From assembly GCA_050633305.1 (NCBI GenBank), contig JBOEGF010000008.1, forward strand, positions 256,001 through 320,000: a stretch of DNA of 64,000 nucleotides, in the 5' to 3' direction. The translations under genes and the position numbers were made by a program. The DNA comes from Nannocystales bacterium (GTDB taxonomy: Bacteria > Myxococcota_A > Polyangia > Nannocystales > Nannocystaceae). The notes under the pieces were generated by a model, which was not told the DNA's origin, searched no databases, and saw only the letters and a program-made list of their open reading frames with translations. Positions 46,132 to 56,065 of this stretch are shown piece by piece (the first letter of the stretch is position 1; the number at the start of each line of letters is the position of its first letter).

Positions 46132-47211
46132 CTACCAGTGGGCCAGCGTCGCTTGCAGCGACAGTGCGTTTGCGATGCGACCCTGCGCAAAGAAGCCCGG
46201 CTCGTACCCGACGCCGACGCCGAGGAACAGGCTCTTTGCGACCTTGAACTCGGCCAGTACCTTGAGCGGAATCGACACGGAGATGTCGCGAACCCTACGC
46301 TCCGGCTCGTCGAGTTTCGACCAAGCCAACGCCAACCCGCCCATCGCAACCAGGCGCTTCTTGCCGCGGTAGCGAACCATGCCCGCCAGATGACCGAAGC
46401 TTCCCTTGATCGTTCGTCGGACCAGCCGCGCGCCGGCGTGTCCACCTAGCACCAGGTACGCCCCCCAGGCCCGGCGCCAGTTGTAGCCGACGCCCAAGTC
46501 GCCGGCGTATGCAGCCGCACCTGCTCGGTAGAGATCGGTTCGCCAGTGCGCATAGGAGATGCCGTGCGAGGTGAAGACACCGAACTTCTTCCAGTCGTCC
46601 TCCTCGCTCTTCTTGGGCGGAGTCTCGGTGGCCTCTTCTTCGGCAGAGGCCTCTTCTTCGGGCGGAGCCGGTTCGAGCTCTGGCGCATCGATCGCAACAG
46701 ACGCGACGTCGGCCTTGTGCAGGGTGTGCACGTCTCCCTCGTCGGAGACGACCACCGCTGCGGCTTCCGTGGTCGCGACGAGCTTGCCGTGGAGTGGCTC
46801 GGCGCCGTCGCGCTGCACGGTGATCCCCTTCTCGAGTGCGGCCTGCCACTCCTCCTCGCTCACCCGGTATGCAACGGGCGTGTCTTCGACGGCGGGCTCT
46901 TCGCTGGGTTCCTCCGCGACCGACTCTTCGGGCACGGCCTCCGCCGGCTCCTCGGGCACGGCTTCGGCCGGCTCCTCGGGAACGGCCTCCGCCGGCTCCT
47001 CGGCGGGTGCCGGTTCGGCAGGCGGCGGCAAAGGTGCCGACTCCGGTGGCGGAGCGGGAAGCGGCTCCGAAGGCGCAGGCGCAGGCGCGGGCGCGGGTGG
47101 AGGCGCGGGCTGAACCGCAGGCGCGGGCTGCGCTCCAGCGACGGCAGGAAACAGGCAAAGGCTACCGACGGCGACGCACAGTCCTTGTTTCCAACGCCTC
47201 GGCAAGACCAT
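46132..47211 (-). CDS. Secreted protein with Pro/Glu-rich linker and probable C-terminal beta-barrel
   Basis: Signal peptide (AGA-Q), PAPAP/EEPAEAVP tract, alternating beta-strands ending in Trp. Confidence 0.65.
   Translation of the reverse strand: MVLPRRWKQGLCVAVGSLCLFPAVAGAQPAPAVQPAPPPAPAPAPAPSEPLPAPPPESAPLPPPAEPAPAEEPAEAVPEEPAEAVPEEPAEAVPEESVAEEPSEEPAVEDTPVAYRVSEEEWQAALEKGITVQRDGAEPLHGKLVATTEAAAVVVSDEGDVHTLHKADVASVAIDAPELEPAPPEEEASAEEEATETPPKKSEEDDWKKFGVFTSHGISYAHWRTDLYRAGAAAYAGDLGVGYNWRRAWGAYLVLGGHAGARLVRRTIKGSFGHLAGMVRYRGKKRLVAMGGLALAWSKLDEPERRVRDISVSIPLKVLAEFKVAKSLFLGVGVGYEPGFFAQGRIANALSLQATLAHW
46924..47003. repeat. Three imperfect 24-bp tandem repeats (EEPAEAVP)
   Basis: ctcYtcgggMacggcYtcSgccgg x3 plus a partial copy. 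Confidence 0.8.
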
Positions 47212-47326
47212 CGAACCAAGTGTGCCCGACGGATCGTGCGCACTCAAACCGCGCGGGATGGATGGCCGATGGTGGTTCATACGTTGTCGTTACAAACGGC
47301 GGCCCAATCCGGCGCACGCTCAAACC

Positions 47327-48607
47327 ATGACCCCGCGCGACCCTCGCTGGCCCTCCGATGGTGCTCTTGATCCCGAAGAGCACGCTCCCGATACATCCGG
47401 CTACGCGCTCGTTCGCACACCGCCGCGACCGCGCCGCAGCACGTTCCGAACGATGGAGACCGTCTTGCTCGCCAGCACCGCTGCCCTTCTCGCGGCGGTG
47501 GCCTGGCCGATTGCCACAGGAGGCCAAAGCGCGCCACCGACCCCGGTCGCCGCCGCGCCCCCGGCTGCCGCGATCCAGCAAGCGCCGAAGATTCAGTTGG
47601 CGCTCCTGTTGGACACCAGCTCCAGCATGGATGGCTTACTCGACCAGGCCCGATCGCAACTGTGGGCCGTCGTCAACGCGCTCGACTCCGCGACGTTCCA
47701 AGGCGCCGCGCCACAACTCGAGATCGCGGTCTACGAGTACGGCAACGATGGCCTCGCAGAATCGGACGGCTACATTCGTCAGGTGGTCGGGTTCTCGGGC
47801 GAGCTCGACCTCGTCTCAGAGGGGTTGTTCGGCCTCACGACTTCGGGCGGGGACGAGTTTGCGGGCCAAGTCATCTCGGCCGCGACACGGGAGCTGAAAT
47901 GGGACGAGCGCGACAACGTGCTGCGCGTTCTGTACATCGCGGGCAATGAGGAGTTCACCCAAGGACCGATGGACTTCCACGAAACCGTCGCCGCCGCGCG
48001 TTCGCGCGGCATCGTGGTCAACACCGTCAACTGCACGGGCCGCGGCAACTGGGATCCCGGCTGGCAAGACGCAGCCCGGCTTGGCGGCGGAAAAGCACTT
48101 CGCATCGACCACAACGCAAAACAGGCGTACATCGCTTCGCCTCACGATGACGAGATCGAGAGCCTCTCCTCGAAGCTCAACGATACGTACATCGGGTTTG
48201 GTTACCGTGCGAAGGCGGCCCTGGACAACCAGGCGCGCCAAGACAAGAACAGCGTGTCCGCCGGTCGGACAAGCTCGATCGCCCGTGCGATGAGCAAGAC
48301 CTCCGGCATGTACAACAACGCCAAGTGGGACCTCGTCGACGCGCTGGACGAAGGGACGGTTGAACTCGGCACCCTCGATCGGTCCACGCTCCTGCATGGC
48401 TACTCCGCGCTGAGCGATGAGGAACTCGAACAGAAGGTCACAGACGCGCGAAACACCCGAGACCAGCTCAAGAAAGACCTTCGCGAGCTCCAGGAGCAGC
48501 GTGAAGCGTACGTCGCCACGCAGCGAACACAGGGAGGTCATCGACTCGACCATGCGATCATCGACTCGATCTCCGCCCAGGCGGCAGCCGCAGGATTTAC
48601 TCTCTAG
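47327..48607 (+). CDS. vWA domain-containing membrane-anchored protein
   Basis: TM segment, LLLDTSSSM (MIDAS DxSxS), YEYGND, GGDE, IAGNEEF, WDLVDA. Confidence 0.85.
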   Translation: MTPRDPRWPSDGALDPEEHAPDTSGYALVRTPPRPRRSTFRTMETVLLASTAALLAAVAWPIATGGQSAPPTPVAAAPPAAAIQQAPKIQLALLLDTSSSMDGLLDQARSQLWAVVNALDSATFQGAAPQLEIAVYEYGNDGLAESDGYIRQVVGFSGELDLVSEGLFGLTTSGGDEFAGQVISAATRELKWDERDNVLRVLYIAGNEEFTQGPMDFHETVAAARSRGIVVNTVNCTGRGNWDPGWQDAARLGGGKALRIDHNAKQAYIASPHDDEIESLSSKLNDTYIGFGYRAKAALDNQARQDKNSVSAGRTSSIARAMSKTSGMYNNAKWDLVDALDEGTVELGTLDRSTLLHGYSALSDEELEQKVTDARNTRDQLKKDLRELQEQREAYVATQRTQGGHRLDHAIIDSISAQAAAAGFTL

Positions 48608-48611
48608 TTCG

Positions 48612-49316
48612 ATGCCTGGAACGCGCGCCACCGTGCTCGTCGTCGAAGACGACCCCGCGATTCGTATGGGGCTCGTCGATGCCCTGGGGTTCGACGGCTA
48701 TGGCGTCCTGCAGGCCGACACGGCGCCTGCGGGTCGGGATGCCGCGCTTCGGGACCACTGCGACTGCGTCCTGCTCGACCTCATGCTTCCCGGGGGCGAT
48801 GGATTCACCGTTCTCTCCGAGGTGCGCCGCGTCAAACCCACGCTCCCGATCATCATCCTCACCGCTCGCGGTCGCGAGGCGGACCGAGTCCGAGGGCTAC
48901 GGCTCGGCGCGGACGACTATGTGGTCAAGCCGTTCAGCGTGCGAGAGCTGCTGGCTCGGGTGGAGGCGGTGCTGCGCCGCGCTCCCCCCCAAGAGACCGA
49001 AGACGCACGGGTGTCGATCCCCGGAGGACACGCCGACCTTGCCCGCCGCGAGGTGGTCTTCGACGACGGCCACCGGGTGGAGTTGGCCGACCGCGAGGTC
49101 GCACTGTTGGCCCACCTCTCCCAACATGCCGAACGGGCGGTGGGACGGGACGAGTTGCTGCGCGAGATCTGGCACGTCAACCCGGAGCACACACAGACCC
49201 GGACGGTGGACATGCACGTTGCTCGCCTCCGAGAGAAGCTCCGCGACGCCTCGGGCTCGCCGAAGGTCATCCTCACCGTCCGCGGGAAGGGCTACAAGTT
49301 CGGAGCGAGCGGGTGA
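48612..49316 (+). CDS. OmpR-family response regulator
   Basis: VVEDD, LLDLMLP, LTA, GADDYVVKPF, RTVDMHV.RLR.K, TVRG.GY. Confidence 0.93.
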   Translation: MPGTRATVLVVEDDPAIRMGLVDALGFDGYGVLQADTAPAGRDAALRDHCDCVLLDLMLPGGDGFTVLSEVRRVKPTLPIIILTARGREADRVRGLRLGADDYVVKPFSVRELLARVEAVLRRAPPQETEDARVSIPGGHADLARREVVFDDGHRVELADREVALLAHLSQHAERAVGRDELLREIWHVNPEHTQTRTVDMHVARLREKLRDASGSPKVILTVRGKGYKFGASG

Positions 49317-51130
49317 GCCGTCGGGTCCGAGTCTGGGTGGCGGTCGGGGTCGCTCTGTGTGCCGTTGTCGGCATGATGATCGCGATCACCTCGACGTTGC
49401 TCGCGACCGAGCGAGCCGCAGCAGAGGCGACTGCGCATGCCGTCACCGAGGAGCGAGTTCGGTTGGCCCTGTGGCGGCTCGACAGCACGGTCCCCGGCCG
49501 AATCAGCCAGGAGATGGCCCGCGTCGCACTGCTGGCCGAGAGCCCCGACCCGGCTCCCGAGCTTCCCAACACGCCCGAAGTCCGAGGCCGGTTCTTGCGG
49601 TCCGCCAACGGGTCGCTTCGCTGGCTCACTGCACCGGAGAGTCCGGTCTTGGACAGCGTGACTCTGGCCCTGAAGTCCGAAGGGTTCGAGGACACGCTCG
49701 GCGCTCCATCGGGCTTCCGTGCACCGCCGCTCTCGGTCGCGGAGACCAACACCAAGCAGACCAAGTCCGGCTACTACGCTGCGTCGCAGCAGTCGCGCAA
49801 CAGCCAGGAGTGGCAGAAGCGTGCGTCGAGTGCCCGCGACAACATGAATTCCATCGCGACGGTGCAGCAGCAGCAAAGCGCCGCCTTGCTCAACAACCTC
49901 AACAGCCTCGGCAGCAAGGTGTCGAAGCTTAGCAAGAGCGGCAACCGCAACGGCGAGGTGAACTCCGTCGGAAGCCTGGCCGGCCTGCCCTTCAGCGCCA
50001 CCGACGACTCCGAACTCTATCGGGAGCTGGAGAAGGCGATCGAAGACGAGCAGGCATCGCTCGCCAGCGCGCAGTTGGGCCCGGTGACACCGATCTGGGT
50101 CGGAGACGAGTTGGTGCTCGCCCGTCGCGTCCGCCGCGGGGAGTCCGTCGAGATCCATGGCGCTTGGATCGACTGGCCCAAGCTCCGCGACGACCTCCTC
50201 GTTGAGGTTGCGGACCTCCTTCCCAGCCCCGCCCTCACCCCTGCCCCCACCCCGTCGACCGCGGACACAGCACGCCTGCTGGCCACACTTCCGGTCCGGC
50301 TCGATCACGGCGCCTTACCCCCGCCACCGAGCGATGCGTTCACTCCCGTGCGAGCCTCCATCATCGGTGGTTGGCTCGTCGTGCTCATCGGGACCGGGAC
50401 CGTCGTCGTGCTGCTGCTGTGGTCGATGGCCCTTTCGGAGCGACGCGCGGCCTTCGTCTCCACGGTCACCCATGAGCTGCGAACCCCCCTGACGACCTTC
50501 CGGATGTACACCGAGATGCTCGGCGAAAAGATGGTCGAGTCCAAGCGGGACCGCTACATCGCGACGCTGCGCACCGAGGCAGAACGCCTGGGGCACCTGG
50601 TCGAGAACGTGCTCTCCTACGCCAAGATCGAGAGCGACAAGGCCGAACGCACCCGGGAGACCGTCTCGGTGCAGTCGTTGCTCGAGCATGTCGCCCCGGC
50701 GCTGCGCAGTCGCTGCGAGGCCTCGGGCACCGAACTCGAAGTCGTGCCCGACGAGGCCACCTTGAACAGGACCGTCCAGGTCGACACGTCCGCCATCGAG
50801 CAGATCCTGCTCAACCTGATCGACAACGCAGCCAAGTACGCACCCAGCGCTCAGGGACCCACGCGGATGGTTGTGGAGACGCTCCTCGATGGGCGGCAGC
50901 TCCGAATCGCGGTCCGTGACTTCGGGCCGGGGATCCCCGCGGGTGAACGCAGAAAGATCTTCGAGCCGTTCAGTAAGGCAAAGCGTGATGAGGCCGGCAC
51001 GAAGCCGGGGGTAGGACTTGGGCTTGCGCTGTGCCGTCGGCTGGCGCGCGCCCACGGCGGGGACCTCTCGGTCGAAGACGCGAAGCCTGGAGCCCGCTTT
51101 GTGCTCACGCTGGCGAGCCAGCCGTCGTGA
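49313..51130 (+). CDS. Sensor histidine kinase
   Basis: Two TM helices, THELRTPL, NLIDNAAKY, D.GPGI, F.PF, GVGLGL. Confidence 0.93.
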   Translation: MSRRVRVWVAVGVALCAVVGMMIAITSTLLATERAAAEATAHAVTEERVRLALWRLDSTVPGRISQEMARVALLAESPDPAPELPNTPEVRGRFLRSANGSLRWLTAPESPVLDSVTLALKSEGFEDTLGAPSGFRAPPLSVAETNTKQTKSGYYAASQQSRNSQEWQKRASSARDNMNSIATVQQQQSAALLNNLNSLGSKVSKLSKSGNRNGEVNSVGSLAGLPFSATDDSELYRELEKAIEDEQASLASAQLGPVTPIWVGDELVLARRVRRGESVEIHGAWIDWPKLRDDLLVEVADLLPSPALTPAPTPSTADTARLLATLPVRLDHGALPPPPSDAFTPVRASIIGGWLVVLIGTGTVVVLLLWSMALSERRAAFVSTVTHELRTPLTTFRMYTEMLGEKMVESKRDRYIATLRTEAERLGHLVENVLSYAKIESDKAERTRETVSVQSLLEHVAPALRSRCEASGTELEVVPDEATLNRTVQVDTSAIEQILLNLIDNAAKYAPSAQGPTRMVVETLLDGRQLRIAVRDFGPGIPAGERRKIFEPFSKAKRDEAGTKPGVGLGLALCRRLARAHGGDLSVEDAKPGARFVLTLASQPS

Positions 51131-52136
51131 GCTCGATGCAGATCTTTCCCCGCTGGGTCCCGGACGCGAGATGGTCGAACGCGGCTCGGGTCTCCTCCAG
51201 CGGGTAGACGCTGTCGATCCGAGGTTCGAGCCGATGGTGCTCGATGTTCCGGCACATCGCCCTAAATCCGGCCCGGTGTCCCACAAGCACGCCCTGGACC
51301 CGGACCTGGCCCATGAGAACGGGCGTCATGTCGACCTCCGCGCGCCCGCCCGCCAGAACCCCGATCATCGCCACGGTCCCGCCCATCCTCACAGCGCGAA
51401 GCGACTGCCCCAACGTGCCCGCTCCGCCCACTTCGACGACCAGGTCGACACCCCGGCCGTCGGTGAGTCCACGGACAGTCTTGCCCCACTTCGAGTCGCC
51501 CGTGGTGACCACCGTTTTCCATGCCCCGCGCTCCGCCAGAGCGTCAGCCTTGTCTGCACTTCGAGAGGTCGCGATGACCCGAGCGCCCGCAGCGACCGCG
51601 AAATCGAGCGCGAACGAACTGACTCCTCCCGATCCCTGGACCAAGACCGTGTCTCCCGCTCGGATGCCTCCGAGCGTGACCAGAGCGCTCCAGGCCGTGA
51701 GCCCAGCACACGGAAGCGTGGCGGCTTGCACATCCGTGAGATGCGAAGGCACGGACGCCACCCCATCTGGCTCCAGAATCGCCCACTCCCGCAGCATCCC
51801 CGGCAGCGGACCACCCAACGTCGACCGGGCACTGTCATGCGCCGGCTCTCCGTCCAGCCACCCCTGCGCAAACAAGCCGGCGACCCGATCCCCAACCCGA
51901 GACGGATCGACTCCGGGTCCGACCGCGTCGATCACCCCCACACCATCGGACGCCGGGACAAGCGGCAGCGGCTGGCGCGGATTGTACTGCCCCTGAACCA
52001 TCAAGAGGTCACGGTAGTTGAGCGAGACGGCGTGCACCCGGACCCGCACCTGGCCGGGCCCAGGCTCGGGCTTGGGCTGCTCCACGAGGTGAAGGTTGTC
52101 GAGACCGAAAGCTTCGCGGACGACGACGGCACGCAC
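51105..52136 (-). CDS. NAD(P)-dependent medium-chain dehydrogenase/reductase
   Basis: SLNYRD, P.SDGVG, LPCAGLTAW, QGSGGVS, GVD.VVEVGG, GKI. Confidence 0.9.
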   Translation of the reverse strand: MRAVVVREAFGLDNLHLVEQPKPEPGPGQVRVRVHAVSLNYRDLLMVQGQYNPRQPLPLVPASDGVGVIDAVGPGVDPSRVGDRVAGLFAQGWLDGEPAHDSARSTLGGPLPGMLREWAILEPDGVASVPSHLTDVQAATLPCAGLTAWSALVTLGGIRAGDTVLVQGSGGVSSFALDFAVAAGARVIATSRSADKADALAERGAWKTVVTTGDSKWGKTVRGLTDGRGVDLVVEVGGAGTLGQSLRAVRMGGTVAMIGVLAGGRAEVDMTPVLMGQVRVQGVLVGHRAGFRAMCRNIEHHRLEPRIDSVYPLEETRAAFDHLASGTQRGKICIELTTAGSPA

Positions 52137-52231
52137 GGGCGTCACGATGGCCCATGCCCGTGCGACCGTCGACCCACGGCGGCTGACACGCAAGGCCACT
52201 CCTCGGCCCAACCGCTGCTACCCTCCGGGGC

Positions 52232-54631
52232 ATGACTTGGGTGCGCCCGCTTTTCGTGTCCATGATCGTCAGTGCGGCCGTCGCGTGCGGCCCCGGCGAG
52301 TTGAACGGGGATGGGGATCCCAACGCTGGCGCCAGCACCGGGGTGGCGACGACGGACAACGACACCGACCCCGTTGGAGCTGGCTTCGTCGGGCACTACT
52401 ACAGCCCGTGGGCCACAGCGTTCCTCCACTTCGATGATGGCTCAGGGTGGACAACGCCTCCGGGACTGCAGATGACGCAGGACGAGGATGGCTGGTTCGT
52501 CTTGAGCCACGACGCAGGCTCCAGCGTCGAGTTCGCGTTCAACGACGGCGACGCGCAGTGGGACAACAACGCCGAAGCGAACTACGTCACCGATTTGCCT
52601 GAGTTCTGGGTGAGGGACGGGGTCATCTACGATGAAGAGCCTCCCAGCACGGGCGACACCGACGGCGACGCCTGGTGCGAAGGCGTCGACTGTGGCAACG
52701 GCGACTGCAACGAAGAGGAGCGGGTCTGCGAGTGCGAAGCCGGCTACATCTTCGATGCTGAGCTCGAGACCTGCATCGAAGACCTGTGTGTCGGCGTGTC
52801 GTGCGGTTTCGGCGAGCTGTGTGACCCGGTCGATGGTAGCTGCCTCGAGCCTTGCGAGCCCGACACGCAAAGCGGCGCGTTTACGTTCTGCTACCAGAGC
52901 ACCGCCTCCACGGTTGCGGTCCTGGCTCGGTACGACGGACCCGGAGAGCTCGACGTCGAGCAAAGCGTCATCCGCCTCAACGCCGAGACTCTCCCTGCCG
53001 AGTCCGTCGCGTTTGAGGCCAAGACCCAGCGGTTGGCGGTCACCGCCAGCAGCCTGGTTCCCTCGAAGTACAGCTACCTATTTCGCATGCGAACCGTTGG
53101 GGGCGACGACGTCCAGCCCCTGTTCGTACCGATGTGGATCGGCGACGGCCTGCGCTACGCCGACTTCACCTGGCACGACAGCATCCTGTACCAGGTGTTC
53201 ACCGACCGCTTCCTCGACGGCGACGAGTCCAACAACATCGACAACACCCAGGGCTCGCTTGCGGAGATCACCGACCCTCGGAGTCAGTGGCAAGGCGGCG
53301 ACTTCCGAGGGATCATCGAGAAGATCGACGATGGGTACTTCGAATCGATGGGCATCAACACCCTGTGGATCAGCTCGCCGCTGCTCAACTCCCACAACAG
53401 CCAACCCGCGGTCGATCCGGGTGTAGGCGAGCGATTCGGCTCGTACCACTCCTACCACCCGATCACGACCGGCTATACGCACCTCGATGACTTCGGGTAC
53501 GACAACCCGATCGAGACAGCATTTGGCACCCCACAGGAGCTTCACGAGCTCGTCGACAAGGCCCACAGGCGCGGCATCCGAATCATCCCGGACTTCGTCG
53601 CCAACCACGTGCAATCCGAGGCCAACATCTTCGACCTCCACCCGGAGTGGTTCTACAGCTACGTCCCCTGTCACAACAACTGGGACGAGTTCCGCGTCGA
53701 CTGCTGGTTCACCGCGGACATGCCGGACCTCGACTACAACGTCCCCGAAGCACGGCAGGCCGTCATCGACCACGCGATCTGGCTGCTCGAGGAGTACAAC
53801 TTCGACGGTTTTCGAGCCGACGCGCTCAAACACATGGACGACGTCTTCGTCCGCGGGCTCAAGCAAGCCGTCATCGAGCAGGTCGAGACCACCGTCGACG
53901 ACCACTCCCTGACCGTCGAGCCGACCGTGCTGTACATGGTTGGAGAGTCACTGGGGGGCTGGGCTCGCTACCACGTTCGTGAGGACATGGTTCAGGGCCA
54001 AGTCGACGAGGAGTACTACAACCAAACGAAGGCGGCGCTGCTCAACTACTCCTCGAGCATTCGCAACCTGGCCGACTTCGCACTCGCAAACGACACCGCG
54101 TACCTCAGCCCGCAGGAGATCTTCGGGCAGCTCGCCGGGTACCCCGGCGCGATCATGGGGAACTTCTTCGGCAACCACGACCAGTGGCGCGCGCTGACTG
54201 AAGCCGGTGGCGATCACAGCCGACTCCGACTCGCTCAGACCTTCTTGTTCACCTCGCCGGGCAACGTTCCCATGCTCTACCAAGGCGACGACATCGGAAC
54301 CTTCGGGGAAGCCGACCCGGACAACCGAGCGATGCACCGCTTCGACGGACTCAGCGGCGTAGAACAAGAATCGCTGGAGAACGCACGGCGGCTGGGTCAG
54401 ACCCGCGAGGCGCACGTCGCCCTGCGCCGGGGCTCACGGGAGACCGTGGTGCTGGAGGACTTCTTCTGGGTCTACCGGGTCAGCCACGAAAACGACGAGG
54501 TCTACGTGGCGCTCAACCGCGACTCCGCTCGAACGTGGCAACCTCCGGCTGGCTTCTCCGATGTGCTCGGCAACTGTACCGGCTCCAACGTCCCCTCCGG
54601 GCAGTCGTGCGTGTTCGTGTCGGAGCGCTGA
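52232..54631 (+). CDS. GH13 alpha-amylase family lipoprotein with starch-binding CBM and EGF-like Cys modules
   Basis: Lipobox AVAC; FNDG...WDNN...NY (CBM25-like); YQVFTDRF, GGDF.G, DFVANH, GFRADALKH, GE, NHD. Confidence 0.88.
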   Translation: MTWVRPLFVSMIVSAAVACGPGELNGDGDPNAGASTGVATTDNDTDPVGAGFVGHYYSPWATAFLHFDDGSGWTTPPGLQMTQDEDGWFVLSHDAGSSVEFAFNDGDAQWDNNAEANYVTDLPEFWVRDGVIYDEEPPSTGDTDGDAWCEGVDCGNGDCNEEERVCECEAGYIFDAELETCIEDLCVGVSCGFGELCDPVDGSCLEPCEPDTQSGAFTFCYQSTASTVAVLARYDGPGELDVEQSVIRLNAETLPAESVAFEAKTQRLAVTASSLVPSKYSYLFRMRTVGGDDVQPLFVPMWIGDGLRYADFTWHDSILYQVFTDRFLDGDESNNIDNTQGSLAEITDPRSQWQGGDFRGIIEKIDDGYFESMGINTLWISSPLLNSHNSQPAVDPGVGERFGSYHSYHPITTGYTHLDDFGYDNPIETAFGTPQELHELVDKAHRRGIRIIPDFVANHVQSEANIFDLHPEWFYSYVPCHNNWDEFRVDCWFTADMPDLDYNVPEARQAVIDHAIWLLEEYNFDGFRADALKHMDDVFVRGLKQAVIEQVETTVDDHSLTVEPTVLYMVGESLGGWARYHVREDMVQGQVDEEYYNQTKAALLNYSSSIRNLADFALANDTAYLSPQEIFGQLAGYPGAIMGNFFGNHDQWRALTEAGGDHSRLRLAQTFLFTSPGNVPMLYQGDDIGTFGEADPDNRAMHRFDGLSGVEQESLENARRLGQTREAHVALRRGSRETVVLEDFFWVYRVSHENDEVYVALNRDSARTWQPPAGFSDVLGNCTGSNVPSGQSCVFVSER

Positions 54632-54664
54632 GATGCAGCTGACCGCGAAGCGGAATCACCGAGC

Positions 54665-55546
54665 GTGAGAGCCGGTCTCGCCCTCGGGATTGCGGCGTAC
54701 GGACTGTGGGGCTTCGCTCCGCTGTTCTGGCGGCAGCTCGGCCACGTCCCCGCGTTGGAGCTCCTCGGCCATCGCATCGTCTGGGGGTTCGTGTTCTTCG
54801 GGCTCTATGCGGTGGCGACGCGCAGGCTCAACGAGATTCTCGCCATTGTGCGAGATCCCCAGGTTCGATGGCGACTCCTGGCAACAGCGCTGTGCGTCGG
54901 GCTCAACTGGTTCGTCTTCGTCTACGCGATCATGACCGACCGCGTCCTCGACGCGAGCCTGGGATACTTCATCAACCCGTTGCTGAGCGTGGCGCTGGGG
55001 CGGTTCGTTCTCGGCGAGCGGCTACAGCCCCTACAAGTCGCGGCCGCGGGGCTTGCCCTCCTGGGAGTCCTGGTCATCGCCGTCGGCGCGGACGGTCTGC
55101 CGTGGATCTCCGTGGCGGTCGCAACCTCGTTCGGGCTCTATGGCCTGCTGAGAAAGACGACCAACGCCCCTGCCCTGACCGGCTCGGCCTTCGAAACCCT
55201 CCTCCTCGCAGTGCCCGCCCTCACCGGCCTGATCTGGCTTGGGCTGCGCGGCCGGGGGCACCTCTTCGTCGGTGAACCATCGACAGATGCCCTGCTGATC
55301 TGCACCGGTCCAGTGACCGCCGTGCCGCTGCTGTTGTTCGTGCACGCCGCCAAGCGCCTCCCACTGACCGTTGTCGGCTTCTTGCAGTTTCTGGCGCCTT
55401 CTCTGCAGTTCGTGATCGCGGTGTTCGTCTTCCACGAACCTCTCCAGCCCCTGAAGCTAGCGGCTTTCGGGCTCGTCTGGCTCGGCCTGCTCCTCTTCTG
55501 CCTGGCGGCCTATCGCGGGCCGCTCAAGAAGACATCGCAGGCGTGA
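54665..55546 (+). CDS. rarD: EamA family transporter RarD
   Basis: AY.LWG..PLFW, HRIVW, NW..FVYA, ASLGYFINPL, SFGLYGLLRK, QFLAPSLQF. Confidence 0.9.
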   Translation: MRAGLALGIAAYGLWGFAPLFWRQLGHVPALELLGHRIVWGFVFFGLYAVATRRLNEILAIVRDPQVRWRLLATALCVGLNWFVFVYAIMTDRVLDASLGYFINPLLSVALGRFVLGERLQPLQVAAAGLALLGVLVIAVGADGLPWISVAVATSFGLYGLLRKTTNAPALTGSAFETLLLAVPALTGLIWLGLRGRGHLFVGEPSTDALLICTGPVTAVPLLLFVHAAKRLPLTVVGFLQFLAPSLQFVIAVFVFHEPLQPLKLAAFGLVWLGLLLFCLAAYRGPLKKTSQA

Positions 55547-55595
55547 TCGGAGTTGCCGCCGGCGTCCACCGCCGCACAACATCTCTAGAGCTCCC

Positions 55596-55973
55596 ATGCG
55601 GAACCCACCAACCTTCCTCCGCTTCCTGACCTCCGAGGGACTGTTGTCCTACGAGGACGCCAAGAAGCTCACCGAGGAGTCCTCAAAAACGAGCACTCTC
55701 CTCGGTCAGCTGATGGTCCAACAAAAGCACGTCACCCTCGCCCAGATGGTGAAGCTCCTCGAAGCACAAGTAGCTTCCCCGTCCCAACGCTTGGGGGAGC
55801 TCGCGATCGCCGCTGGCTACCTCGATGAGGCGGCGCTGCAGGATCTACTCGCCCAGCAGTCCAGGACCAAAGCACAACACCCGGTCGAGATCCTCCGGCG
55901 CAACCACGCGCTTCCCGAGGAGACCCTGTTCGAGGCCATGACCGCCTACATTCGGCTCGTCGAGCAAGACTAG
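55596..55973 (+). CDS. Small MshEN-like repeat protein
   Basis: LLGQLMVQQKHVTLAQMVKLLEAQ and RLGELAIAAGYLDEAALQDLLAQQ tandem motifs. Confidence 0.7.
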   Translation: MRNPPTFLRFLTSEGLLSYEDAKKLTEESSKTSTLLGQLMVQQKHVTLAQMVKLLEAQVASPSQRLGELAIAAGYLDEAALQDLLAQQSRTKAQHPVEILRRNHALPEETLFEAMTAYIRLVEQD

Positions 55974-56065
55974 GGACACCCCCGTAGGTCGACGAGAGTG
56001 TCAATCGCGGTCGCCGCGGGGTGGGCGGCCAGCTCAGCCGCGGCCGCGGCTGACCACGCGCCTCA

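Noticed and set aside
47274..47296. OmpR-type direct repeat upstream of the vWA gene
   Set aside because: GTTCATA and GTTACAA are too dissimilar and not spaced by about 11 bp.
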